Source of the DNA: a virus
Lineage: Duplodnaviria; Caudoviricetes
Direction: 5' to 3' (one strand)
IMG/VR virus record: IMGVR_UViG_3300029288_003518
Location: 1-64,000 of that record
DNA: 64,000 nt
The position numbers and the translations under genes were made by a program. Positions 8,213 through 16,263 of this stretch are shown in pieces. The notes below the pieces were generated by a model. It saw nothing but the letters and a program-made list of their open reading frames with translations, searched no databases and had not been told where the DNA came from. The stretch's first letter is position 1. Each line of letters starts with the position of its first letter.

Positions 8213-8726
8213 TAATATAGCTGAAGAAGTAAGGAAAGAAGTAAATGCAGATGTAGATCTTAATATAGGTAAGATAGAGAATCCTGCTGAATGTGTTCCT
8301 TTATTATGCGAAAGAATGGATCGTATATGTGCTATGATGGACTTTCAGGCTACGTTAATTACCTATGCTGAAGATACTCTTGAAGAAGCTAAGTATCAGT
8401 ACAAGAAGAATGATCTACTTGCCCATCATAAATATGATGAGGCTTTTGTAAAATTTAAGCAAGAAGATAGACCTAAACCAAGGGACCAACGTAGAACTGA
8501 TAAAGAATATGAGGCTATGGCGTCTCTTGAATCAAATATAGTATCTAATGAAGCTTTATCATCCGAAAGAGTATATCAAAAAGCTCAACATAGGCTAGAT
8601 GATGAGAAGCATAAATATGAGATTCTTAATAATCATTTCTTAAGTTATAGAAAAGCATGTGATCTTTTATCTAAGGAAATGAGTAAACTAGGTGGCCCCA
8701 GGGAACATATAGGAGGCCAGTTCTAA
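8190..8726 (+). CDS. coiled-coil hypothetical protein (possibly UvsY-like)
   Basis: ORF track; helical heptad character. Confidence 0.6.
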   Translation: MTINQEINNIAEEVRKEVNADVDLNIGKIENPAECVPLLCERMDRICAMMDFQATLITYAEDTLEEAKYQYKKNDLLAHHKYDEAFVKFKQEDRPKPRDQRRTDKEYEAMASLESNIVSNEALSSERVYQKAQHRLDDEKHKYEILNNHFLSYRKACDLLSKEMSKLGGPREHIGGQF

Positions 8727-8727
8727 G

Positions 8728-9051
8728 ATGGAACATAGAGATGCATTAATAGAGAATATATTTTATGGCCCGAGACAATGTGGAAAGACTACTAAACTAT
8801 TAGATATAATTCCTAAAGATAGTTTTTTATTAGTGCATTCTCACAGAGAAGCAGACAGAATAAGAGATAATTATCCAGACAAAGTTAGGAATATAAAAGT
8901 TATATCTTGGGATCAATATAAATATTGGTCTGGAACTCGTGGAAGAGTTTATATAGATAATGCAGATTGGTTTTTAACAGAATTGCTTATGGATAAAGGT
9001 TTTGACCTTCAGGGCATAACATTAACTACTGACAAGGAATGGGATAAATAA
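8728..9051 (+). CDS. short P-loop-containing protein
   Basis: GPRQCGKTT Walker A; VYIDN Walker-B-like. Confidence 0.6.
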   Translation: MEHRDALIENIFYGPRQCGKTTKLLDIIPKDSFLLVHSHREADRIRDNYPDKVRNIKVISWDQYKYWSGTRGRVYIDNADWFLTELLMDKGFDLQGITLTTDKEWDK

Positions 9052-9272
9052 TGGATTACTGCGTTTGCTCTCTCCCCATAAGGATGTACCAGAAATTAGG
9101 CCAAGGAAAAGTATTTATTTGTAGTACATGCAATTTACAAGTAGATTCTAAATCCAAGATGCTTGACAGAAAAATAGATAAGATCAAGTTGAAAGATGCT
9201 ACTCGTAATGAGGTAATACTCCAGGATAAGATCAATGAGATATCTGATCTTCTTAAAGTCTTATCTGGATAG
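9051..9272 (+). CDS. small Zn-ribbon protein
   Basis: CVC...CSTC. Confidence 0.65.
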   Translation: MDYCVCSLPIRMYQKLGQGKVFICSTCNLQVDSKSKMLDRKIDKIKLKDATRNEVILQDKINEISDLLKVLSG

Positions 9273-9287
9273 CCAGGAGAATCAAAC

Positions 9288-9743
9288 ATGGAATGGTTAG
9301 CCTGCAGGGTAACTACAGGTCAAGAGTATTTAATCCGCGGGAAGATAAAAGCTATAGCTCCTGATGCTGAAGTACTGATACCAAGAAAGTACTTTAAAGA
9401 GTTAAAACAGGGTGTAGTAAAGACTAAGTCAGAAAGGATGCTTCCGGGGTACCTTTTAATAGGATCACAATCTGACATTGGGAAGGCCCTAGAGAAAGGA
9501 TTTATAAAGGTAGTAGGAAAGGTTACTGAGGAGGAAGTTGCCTTACTACGGGCCCAGGAAGGCCTAAAAGAGGATGATTTAGGGGTAGGTATCAAAGTCC
9601 TTGTACTTGATGGACCTTTTCAGGGTTGTAAGGGTACAATAGAGAAAGATTCTGGCACAGGAGTTATGGATTGTAAGCTTCTTTTCCATAGTATGGAAGT
9701 CAACGCTTCAGTTAAATCTGAGCTGTTGAGCTCAATTAAATGA
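9288..9743 (+). CDS. NusG-paralog transcription antiterminator (NGN + KOW)
   Basis: W...RVTTGQE, MLPGYLLI, KOW motif G.KVLVLDGPFQG.KGTI. Confidence 0.85.
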   Translation: MEWLACRVTTGQEYLIRGKIKAIAPDAEVLIPRKYFKELKQGVVKTKSERMLPGYLLIGSQSDIGKALEKGFIKVVGKVTEEEVALLRAQEGLKEDDLGVGIKVLVLDGPFQGCKGTIEKDSGTGVMDCKLLFHSMEVNASVKSELLSSIK

Positions 9744-10603
9744 AGGGTATAATACTAGCAGGCGGAAGAGCCACAAGACTATATCCTATAACTAAGTGTA
9801 TATGTAAACAGATGCTTCCCATTTACGACAAGCCAATGATTTATTATCCATTATCTATGCTTATGTTGGCCGGGATAAAAGAGATTCTGGTTATATCTAC
9901 ATTTAAGGATATACCAAGATTTGAAGATTTACTTGGGGATGGATCTGATCTAGGTATAGATATATCATATGCTGTGCAGCAAGAACCCAATGGTATAGCC
10001 TATAGTATACTTATAGGAGAAGAGTTTATAGGCCAGGATAGTGTTTGTTTAGCGCTAGGAGATAACATATTCTACGGAGATCAATTAGTAACTTTCTTAC
10101 AAGAAGCTTCTAAGATACAAGACGGTGCTTTAATCCTCGGATATGCGGTCAAGGATCCTCAAAGATATGGTGTAATAGAATGTGATAAGGACTTGAATGT
10201 ACTTTCACTTGAAGAAAAACCATCTCAACCAAAGTCAAACTGGGTTACTTGCGGTATGTACTTCTATGATAATACTGCTGTAAATAGAGCTAAGAATCTT
10301 GTTCCTTCTGCCCGCGGAGAATTAGAAATCAATGACCTCAATAAAGAGTATCTCAAGGAGGGTAAACTTAAGGTTAAATTGTTTGGCCGCGGTAATGCCT
10401 GGCTGGATACCGGTACATATGAGTCATTAATAGATGCTTCTGTTTTTATTAAGACGATAGAAGAACGGCAGGGATTAAAGATAGGATGTATTGAAGAGGT
10501 TGCATATAGGATGCAATATATTGATAAAGAACAACTTATTAAGTTAGCGGACAATATCCATACTAGTTATGGAGATTACTTGAAAGGATTACTTAATGGA
10601 TAG
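9740..10603 (+). CDS. rmlA: glucose-1-phosphate thymidylyltransferase
   Basis: GIILAGGRATRLYPIT...KQMLPIYDKPMIYYP, LGDNIFYG, PSARGELEI, WLDTGT. Confidence 0.96.
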   Translation: MKGIILAGGRATRLYPITKCICKQMLPIYDKPMIYYPLSMLMLAGIKEILVISTFKDIPRFEDLLGDGSDLGIDISYAVQQEPNGIAYSILIGEEFIGQDSVCLALGDNIFYGDQLVTFLQEASKIQDGALILGYAVKDPQRYGVIECDKDLNVLSLEEKPSQPKSNWVTCGMYFYDNTAVNRAKNLVPSARGELEINDLNKEYLKEGKLKVKLFGRGNAWLDTGTYESLIDASVFIKTIEERQGLKIGCIEEVAYRMQYIDKEQLIKLADNIHTSYGDYLKGLLNG

Positions 10604-11567
10604 CAGAAGTATTCTTGTTACGGGAGGAGCTGGGTTTATAGGAAGTGCTTTCATGCGACTTCTTGTAAAAGAATATGAAGGAAATAGTAATCTTATACTA
10701 ATAGATAAGCTAACTTATGCTGGAGACTTGGAACGACTAAAAGAAATAGAAGGAAGTTATCTGTTTTATAAAACAGATATATGTGATAAGAAAGCTATAG
10801 ACAGGATATTTTCTAAGCATAAACCTTATAGTGTATTTCATTTTGCTGCGGAGAGTCACGTAGACAGAAGTATTAATGACTCTAGCCCATTTATAGAAAC
10901 TAATATTAAGGGTACACAAATTCTTCTTGATGCTAGCAGGAAATTTAATGTTGGTAGATTTATATTGATCAGTACTGATGAAATATATGGAGAGATATAT
11001 AATGGAAAGGTTACTGAGGATGGTTTAATCAGACCTGGTAATCCATACTCCGCATCCAAGGCTGCTGCAGATCTCCTAACCCAAGCATATATAAAGACTT
11101 ATAACTTCCCAGCTATAATAATAAGACCATCAAATAACTACGGTCCATGGCAATATCCCGAGAAACTTGTCCCATTATCTATCGCTAGGATATTTAATGG
11201 AGAGAACATTAAACTCTATGGAAATGGAGTTCAGATAAGAGAGTGGTTATATGTTGATGATTGTGTACAAGGAATATTAAAGATAGCCTCAAAGGGCCTT
11301 TTAGGTAGGAGATATAACTTGGGTAGCGGAATAGAAAGTACCAATAGGGATATAGCTAGGTTATTGTTAAATACTCTGCAAGTTAATCCTGATAGGTGGG
11401 AGTTTATTGATGATCGTCCGGGACATGACGTACGTTATTGTTTAGATTCGAGTAAAGTAACTACTGAACTTAAATGGAGACCCAAGATTAATCTTGAGAA
11501 AGGTATTAAATTAACTGTTAATTGGGCTCTTGAAAACCGTGATTGGCTTATTAGTAAAACTTCTTAA
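10596..11567 (+). CDS. rmlB: dTDP-glucose 4,6-dehydratase
   Basis: TGGAGFIGS, DKLTYAG, AAESHVDRSI, STDE, YSASKAA, DRPGHDVRY. Confidence 0.96.
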   Translation: MDSRSILVTGGAGFIGSAFMRLLVKEYEGNSNLILIDKLTYAGDLERLKEIEGSYLFYKTDICDKKAIDRIFSKHKPYSVFHFAAESHVDRSINDSSPFIETNIKGTQILLDASRKFNVGRFILISTDEIYGEIYNGKVTEDGLIRPGNPYSASKAAADLLTQAYIKTYNFPAIIIRPSNNYGPWQYPEKLVPLSIARIFNGENIKLYGNGVQIREWLYVDDCVQGILKIASKGLLGRRYNLGSGIESTNRDIARLLLNTLQVNPDRWEFIDDRPGHDVRYCLDSSKVTTELKWRPKINLEKGIKLTVNWALENRDWLISKTS

Positions 11568-12331
11568 GATATCTCTACCAAATCCTTCAACTTATCTCTT
11601 ATCTTCAACATCTTCCGCCGCACATACATCCTATCCATACCGGTAATCCTTGCCATAGAATAATCTGATAATGCTTTACCATTACTCTCATACTTTAAAT
11701 ATAGAAGATATCTTTCGGATTCTTCCAGCCGGCTAAAGAGATCACCACTTGTAATACCTCTAGTCCATCTAAGATCTATCTCATTGAAGTTAACACCTGC
11801 ATCTCCATCCTTCCCTGAACCATTAACCTCATCTTTATATTCAACATTATAGACACAGTAGAGAGCGTCTTTAGCGCGGGTAGAGCAAAGAGTCTTAAGT
11901 CTATATCGGACATTAACTTGCATAAAGTGAGTGAAGGATATTCTGGGCTTTGTACTCTTATGATCTGCTATCATTGGTACATACCGGTAAAGCTGCTCAA
12001 GAAAGTAGCACACTAGCTCATCATATAGATCTTGTTGTGTGCAGTCTTTGAAGAGATTCCTCAGATAACCTACCATATGCTTAGCCGCAGCCAGAACAGA
12101 GAAACCATTAGCTCTATCTTTATCTGACATAAATAGTCTAAGGAAGGTTATCGTATCCTTATTACTGAAGTCAACCGGCCTAAAAGAGCATAGCAAGAGA
12201 ACATACTTCTTGAAATAAGGATCAAACTCCTTTAAGATTTGCGCTTTAAGCTCTTCAGTAGGAGAACTACGGTAAGTATCAACCAGATTATTAATAAATA
12301 CATCATCGTTGTAGTCTTTAGTTTTATCCAT
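11564..12331 (-). CDS. phage sigma70-like factor
   Basis: Region-2-like QDLYDE...SFTHFM and region-4 HTH ERYLLYLKY...SDYSMARITGMDRMYVRR. Confidence 0.7.
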   Translation of the reverse strand: MDKTKDYNDDVFINNLVDTYRSSPTEELKAQILKEFDPYFKKYVLLLCSFRPVDFSNKDTITFLRLFMSDKDRANGFSVLAAAKHMVGYLRNLFKDCTQQDLYDELVCYFLEQLYRYVPMIADHKSTKPRISFTHFMQVNVRYRLKTLCSTRAKDALYCVYNVEYKDEVNGSGKDGDAGVNFNEIDLRWTRGITSGDLFSRLEESERYLLYLKYESNGKALSDYSMARITGMDRMYVRRKMLKIRDKLKDLVEIS

Positions 12332-12743
12332 TGGTTTTCCTGTGAATATAGACTTCGCATCTAGGATCAGCTTTGTCTACCCCTTTAAAATTTAGAATCA
12401 ACCTATTCACAATCCACCAGTTATCGTCCTCAAGAACCCCCGTATCCACAAGCAGATCCATAATACTTTCAGCCTTATTGGTAAGATCTGTTCCCCTTCG
12501 GTCTGGAGCATAAAAATCTAACTCTATATAGTCAATATCAGGTACTAACTGTGGCTTATTTAAGGCCAATTGCTCAGATGCTATTTTATGCCAGGAGGCA
12601 TATGCCTTTGACGGAATATTCATTAGCTTTCCGTGGCGCACAAATAAGCACCTGGAATTCTTCTTAGAAGGGATACGACCCTTTACTAACAATCTTACCA
12701 AAACTCTTTCCTGTCTTGCCTGTTCTACTTGCTTCTGTGACAT
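12324..12743 (-). CDS. RusA-like Holliday junction resolvase
   Basis: PSKKNS, DLTNKAESIMDLLV..GVLEDDN, PRCEV. Confidence 0.85.
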   Translation of the reverse strand: MSQKQVEQARQERVLVRLLVKGRIPSKKNSRCLFVRHGKLMNIPSKAYASWHKIASEQLALNKPQLVPDIDYIELDFYAPDRRGTDLTNKAESIMDLLVDTGVLEDDNWWIVNRLILNFKGVDKADPRCEVYIHRKTNG

Positions 12744-12897
12744 GAGGTCCTTGTTTTATAACTGGGTTTGTATACCATTTGAAGTTAGCCCGTTTATAGG
12801 GCTCGGTCTTCAAGAAAGCGAACGCATTAGACTTTCGCGGTTCCGTCTGGTATAATTCTGGGTTCTTGCTCTTGAGTTTGTTTATTTTGTCCAGCAT
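12664..12897 (-). CDS. possible small basic protein overlapping both neighbours
   Basis: AAGGA RBS and fills the gap, but overlaps both flanking genes by 70-80 nt. Confidence 0.35.
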   Translation of the reverse strand: MLDKINKLKSKNPELYQTEPRKSNAFAFLKTEPYKRANFKWYTNPVIKQGPHVTEASRTGKTGKSFGKIVSKGSYPF

Positions 12898-13720
12898 TTG
12901 TCCTTAACAGGTTAATATATTTTTCAACACATTCGGGTATAACATCATTAATATCCCTTACTGGGAACCCTGACTCTTCCAACTTATCTGTAGATAGGAT
13001 CAGGTTAGTTCTGATTAACTTAAGTTCCCGGGGTTCAGTAATGGCATAGTTATGAGTAGGAACATACTTCCTGTATTCCTCTAGTAATGTCCTAAACCTA
13101 AGTCCGCCATAGTTTACTACGTTATAGATTCCCTCCGCGTCATTCTTAATCAAATACTTCATAGCATCAAGAAAATCAGGTATATAAGTAATAGAGTTAG
13201 GTATATCGATTACATTCTTAAATCCTATCAGCTTATCCAATAGATTCCTTGGATGAGGTTTGAAGTCAAGAGGTAGGAGTATCCTCAACTGAAGTATATT
13301 ACCTGAACTCTTTATTGAGGATAAAGCTGCCTCAGTATATATCTTTGTCCGTGAATAGAAGAGATCAAAGAAATTCGGGCCCTCCGTCTCTTCAATGGGC
13401 ATATTCCTCTTATAGTCATATTCATAGATCAGCCCAGTAGAAATATGTACTAGTTTAACATGGTTTCTTACCGCGGCCTCGGCTAAAAGAATAGGAACTA
13501 AAACATTAGAGGTTAAACTCTTTGTTTTGTCCGCCTCACAACCATCAACATTTTTTCCGTAATGACCAACGCAATTAATAATTACTTGAGGATGGTTCAC
13601 ATCAATCTCTTTCTGTATATCCTCATAAGTAATTATTCTGACATTGGATACCGGACAATTGAAATACTCAGATATTCTTTGTCCAAGCCATCCATTTCCA
13701 AATACGAGTAGTTCATGCAT
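12827..13720 (-). CDS. RmlD-superfamily NDP-4-keto-6-deoxyglucose reductase, NRS/ER-like (probably a bifunctional 3,5-epimerase/4-reductase)
   Basis: FGNGWLG, NVDGCE, FYSRTK, LQLRILLP, PRNLLDKL, PNSITY. Confidence 0.8.
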   Translation of the reverse strand: MHELLVFGNGWLGQRISEYFNCPVSNVRIITYEDIQKEIDVNHPQVIINCVGHYGKNVDGCEADKTKSLTSNVLVPILLAEAAVRNHVKLVHISTGLIYEYDYKRNMPIEETEGPNFFDLFYSRTKIYTEAALSSIKSSGNILQLRILLPLDFKPHPRNLLDKLIGFKNVIDIPNSITYIPDFLDAMKYLIKNDAEGIYNVVNYGGLRFRTLLEEYRKYVPTHNYAITEPRELKLIRTNLILSTDKLEESGFPVRDINDVIPECVEKYINLLRTNAGQNKQTQEQEPRIIPDGTAKV

Positions 13721-13724
13721 TAGA

Positions 13725-14057
13725 TTAAACTAACTCTGCTGCTTGGGTTCCAACTGTAGAAGCTGGTGCCGGCTCGACAAGCTTAATTTCATCGACTGGC
13801 TTAGCTTCAGGCTTATTTTTAGTGACATCCTGTATGATGCCATCTTTGGTGATCATATAATCACGATGAGCATCGAGATTCATTTCTTTTATAACCTCGT
13901 CCCACCATTTCTTAATTACGCCATCCACCTCATTGCGCATATTAAGTAACTTATTTACCCTTACCATGCTCGATCCAATATTTAATTCTAATTCCTGCGC
14001 AGCATTCAATGTATTATCATACTGTGCCTTACGTGCATCACTTAGCTTCCACTCCAT
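13725..14057 (-). CDS. hypothetical protein
   Basis: ORF track; AGGAGG RBS. Confidence 0.75.
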   Translation of the reverse strand: MEWKLSDARKAQYDNTLNAAQELELNIGSSMVRVNKLLNMRNEVDGVIKKWWDEVIKEMNLDAHRDYMITKDGIIQDVTKNKPEAKPVDEIKLVEPAPASTVGTQAAELV

Positions 14058-14070
14058 TTGTAGTTCCTCC

Positions 14071-14328
14071 TTATTTCGGTTTTATCGTATACTCTAGGCA
14101 GTGATAAATTGTCCTGCCGGCATATACACCATCATTATCATTGTACCTAATATCGTCGCTGCCATAGTATTCCCTAAATTTGGGAAGGAAATTACCCTTA
14201 GGCACAATACACACTCCGAACCAATGACATGTACGGCATGGGACATATCTTCCCTTAATTATTCTTATGTCTACCGTCTGAGTTATAAATCCAGCAGGTG
14301 TACCTTGTTGCGTCATTGTGTTCTCCAT
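14071..14328 (-). CDS. hypothetical Cys-containing protein, probably leaderless
   Basis: ORF track; ATG 8 nt after a -10 box. Confidence 0.65.
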   Translation of the reverse strand: MENTMTQQGTPAGFITQTVDIRIIKGRYVPCRTCHWFGVCIVPKGNFLPKFREYYGSDDIRYNDNDGVYAGRTIYHCLEYTIKPK

Positions 14329-14336
14329 CTAATTAT

Positions 14337-14365
14337 ATTATATCATACAATTGTTATTTTTTCAA
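14337..14365 (-). promoter_or_regulatory. sigma70-type promoter with extended -10
   Basis: TTGAAA-17 nt-TATAAT with TG at -15/-14 on the - strand. Confidence 0.8.
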
Positions 14366-14423
14366 AGGATCATTTATACTGTCCGGAGCTGTATCGGAAC
14401 CATTATCAATAACACTTATGTCC

Positions 14424-14726
14424 CTATCGGTTCCTATCGGTTCTGGAAAAGTATAGAGTTACGATCGCAGTTGCCGAGGAAACAAAAGCTCCCAGCAATA
14501 ACATTATGATATCCTTAACCAACACAAATACTTCTTTGTTTGCCGCGGAAGTTAAAGCTATGTTAAGACATTTATCGACGGACCAACAAAGAGTTCCTAT
14601 AACTAATATTGTAGTCATAAATCTAGCGCTAGTAATCTTTCCCAGGAATCTATTTAGAATACAAGTTAGATTCTCAGCTGCTTTTCCCATGTGAAACCTC
14701 CATCTATGTTTTCCGCCCGTCTCCAA
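14424..14726 (-). CDS. 2-TM membrane protein (holin-like topology); C-terminus apparently truncated by a 10-bp duplication
   Basis: Two hydrophobic segments; CCTATCGGTT x2 at 14423-14442. Confidence 0.6.
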   Translation of the reverse strand: METGGKHRWRFHMGKAAENLTCILNRFLGKITSARFMTTILVIGTLCWSVDKCLNIALTSAANKEVFVLVKDIIMLLLGAFVSSATAIVTLYFSRTDRNR

Positions 14727-14735
14727 TTGTAGAAC

Positions 14736-15071
14736 CTATTTCCCCCTGATCGTTAAATATATCTTCCAATTGTCATATTGATAACCATATCCCATTGTAT
14801 TGCATTCTAGTAAGATCTTCCTATGGGGTTCGCTTGTACCCAATACGTCAAATATAATCCTGTCCTGCCACCAATCAGAATATCCTATAAAAGCTACTGC
14901 CTCCCTACAACCATCCAGATAACACTCATCGGCGTGGTATAGGTTCCCCCTATGAGTCATCGCTAAACAATGCATGCTACAATGTAGTCCTAGTCCATGA
15001 TCCCAGTTCTGTACGTTGCCAACTCCGTTTAAAGACCTAAACTTATTAATCAGGTCTGGTATCATATCCAC
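14736..15071 (-). CDS. CAP/SCP-like domain protein
   Basis: LINKFRSLNG...W...L...HC..M...H...S..HRKILL pattern. Confidence 0.6.
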   Translation of the reverse strand: MDMIPDLINKFRSLNGVGNVQNWDHGLGLHCSMHCLAMTHRGNLYHADECYLDGCREAVAFIGYSDWWQDRIIFDVLGTSEPHRKILLECNTMGYGYQYDNWKIYLTIRGK

Positions 15072-15088
15072 CTCACTCTGTGAACTAC

Positions 15089-15286
15089 TTAGCCACCTAT
15101 ACTCTCAACAATCCATCTTTTTGCTTGAGCCTCTGGGCTATCAAGAAATGTTTTTATTTCCTGTTTGGTTCCCCACCAAACCTGCACTGGTTTAGGTGCT
15201 ATAGGAACATTACTATGGTTAAATACACCACAGCCCGGAAGAAGTATCGTAAAAGCAAGAACACATACTATAAATATTTTTTTCAT
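15089..15286 (-). CDS. small lipoprotein
   Basis: MKK + hydrophobic stretch + LPGC lipobox. Confidence 0.7.
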   Translation of the reverse strand: MKKIFIVCVLAFTILLPGCGVFNHSNVPIAPKPVQVWWGTKQEIKTFLDSPEAQAKRWIVESIGG

Positions 15287-15295
15287 TTCATCTCC

Positions 15296-15511
15296 CTAAT
15301 TATCTTGAGCGTTGTTCTTTAACAGCTGAGTCAAATAAACAATCCTATTTTCGATATCAACCACTCTTTTAGCTTTCTTCTTATCAGCATCTCCGGCCAA
15401 AAGAGAACTTCTCTCCCGCTGGATATTTTCTAGCTCATTCTTCCACCGTTCTATACGTTTCTGTATAGGAAGAATGCCAAATAACTTATCAAGAAATCCA
15501 CCCCATCCCAT
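15296..15511 (-). CDS. hypothetical coiled-coil protein
   Basis: AAGGAGGT RBS. Confidence 0.7.
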   Translation of the reverse strand: MGWGGFLDKLFGILPIQKRIERWKNELENIQRERSSLLAGDADKKKAKRVVDIENRIVYLTQLLKNNAQDN

Positions 15512-15521
15512 ATTTACCTCC

Positions 15522-15689
15522 TTAAACAGTTGTTTTAAAACCTGTGAGTATAGCCACGGTTGCTAAGTCAGCTATTTGAAGACCACCAAATACAGTAGCC
15601 CATACCGGTAACAGGGTTGTTCCATAAGTAAGAACCGCAGATAATCCGCATCCTACAAATATAATAATAGCCTTTGTCCAAACTTTCAT
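15522..15689 (-). CDS. small 2-TM protein, 55 aa (holin-like)
   Basis: Manual translation MKVWTKAIIIFVGCGLSAVL...; AAGGAG RBS. Confidence 0.65.
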   Translation of the reverse strand: MKVWTKAIIIFVGCGLSAVLTYGTTLLPVWATVFGGLQIADLATVAILTGFKTTV

Positions 15690-15705
15690 GTTTTCTCCTT
15701 TTTTA

Positions 15706-15888
15706 TTAGTCTTTAAACACCCACTTAGGTGGTCTCTTGAAGATAATACGCAGGATAGTCTCTATTCTACCGTGCCAGGTTAAGTCACAGAGACATGTCC
15801 ACATCCATCGCATAGCGATATTATCTTCTCCACCCTCAAAAATGAATATACCTATCTCTCTATTTTCTTTCATATCTACCATCTCCAC
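15706..15888 (-). CDS. hypothetical protein
   Basis: ORF track. Confidence 0.5.
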   Translation of the reverse strand: MEMVDMKENREIGIFIFEGGEDNIAMRWMWTCLCDLTWHGRIETILRIIFKRPPKWVFKD

Positions 15889-15992
15889 TATGACTATTCA
15901 GCCATCTCAATGCCGGTAGCATCCATTTGGGTTGATTAAAATCCATCCATAGGGCCCACCATATAGAGTGAAACGGTTTAAGTAAGTCCATT

Positions 15993-16250
15993 TTAGCAGT
16001 CCTCTGATCCTTCGAACTCAGCCCTTTTCTTTAGTTCTGCGTAGGCTGTAGCCCTTGTATGATCTGGTCCGGGAATTGACATGGGCACAACCTTAATATA
16101 CCCAGCCTCATCCTTGTCCCTGGCTTCCTTATCTTTATATAGCGCGATCCTAACTACGGTAGCCATATAAAGAGTATTTGAATGATTACCTATAATCTTC
16201 CAGTAGTTACCTTTCTTATTACCATACTCATAATCTTTCTTAAGTGCCAT
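15993..16250 (-). CDS. small tail-fibre-associated protein
   Basis: Directly after the fibre gene; AGGAGG RBS; ...AYAELKK..EFEGSEDC C-terminus. Confidence 0.6.
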   Translation of the reverse strand: MALKKDYEYGNKKGNYWKIIGNHSNTLYMATVVRIALYKDKEARDKDEAGYIKVVPMSIPGPDHTRATAYAELKKRAEFEGSEDC

Positions 16251-16263
16251 TGTATTGCCTCCT

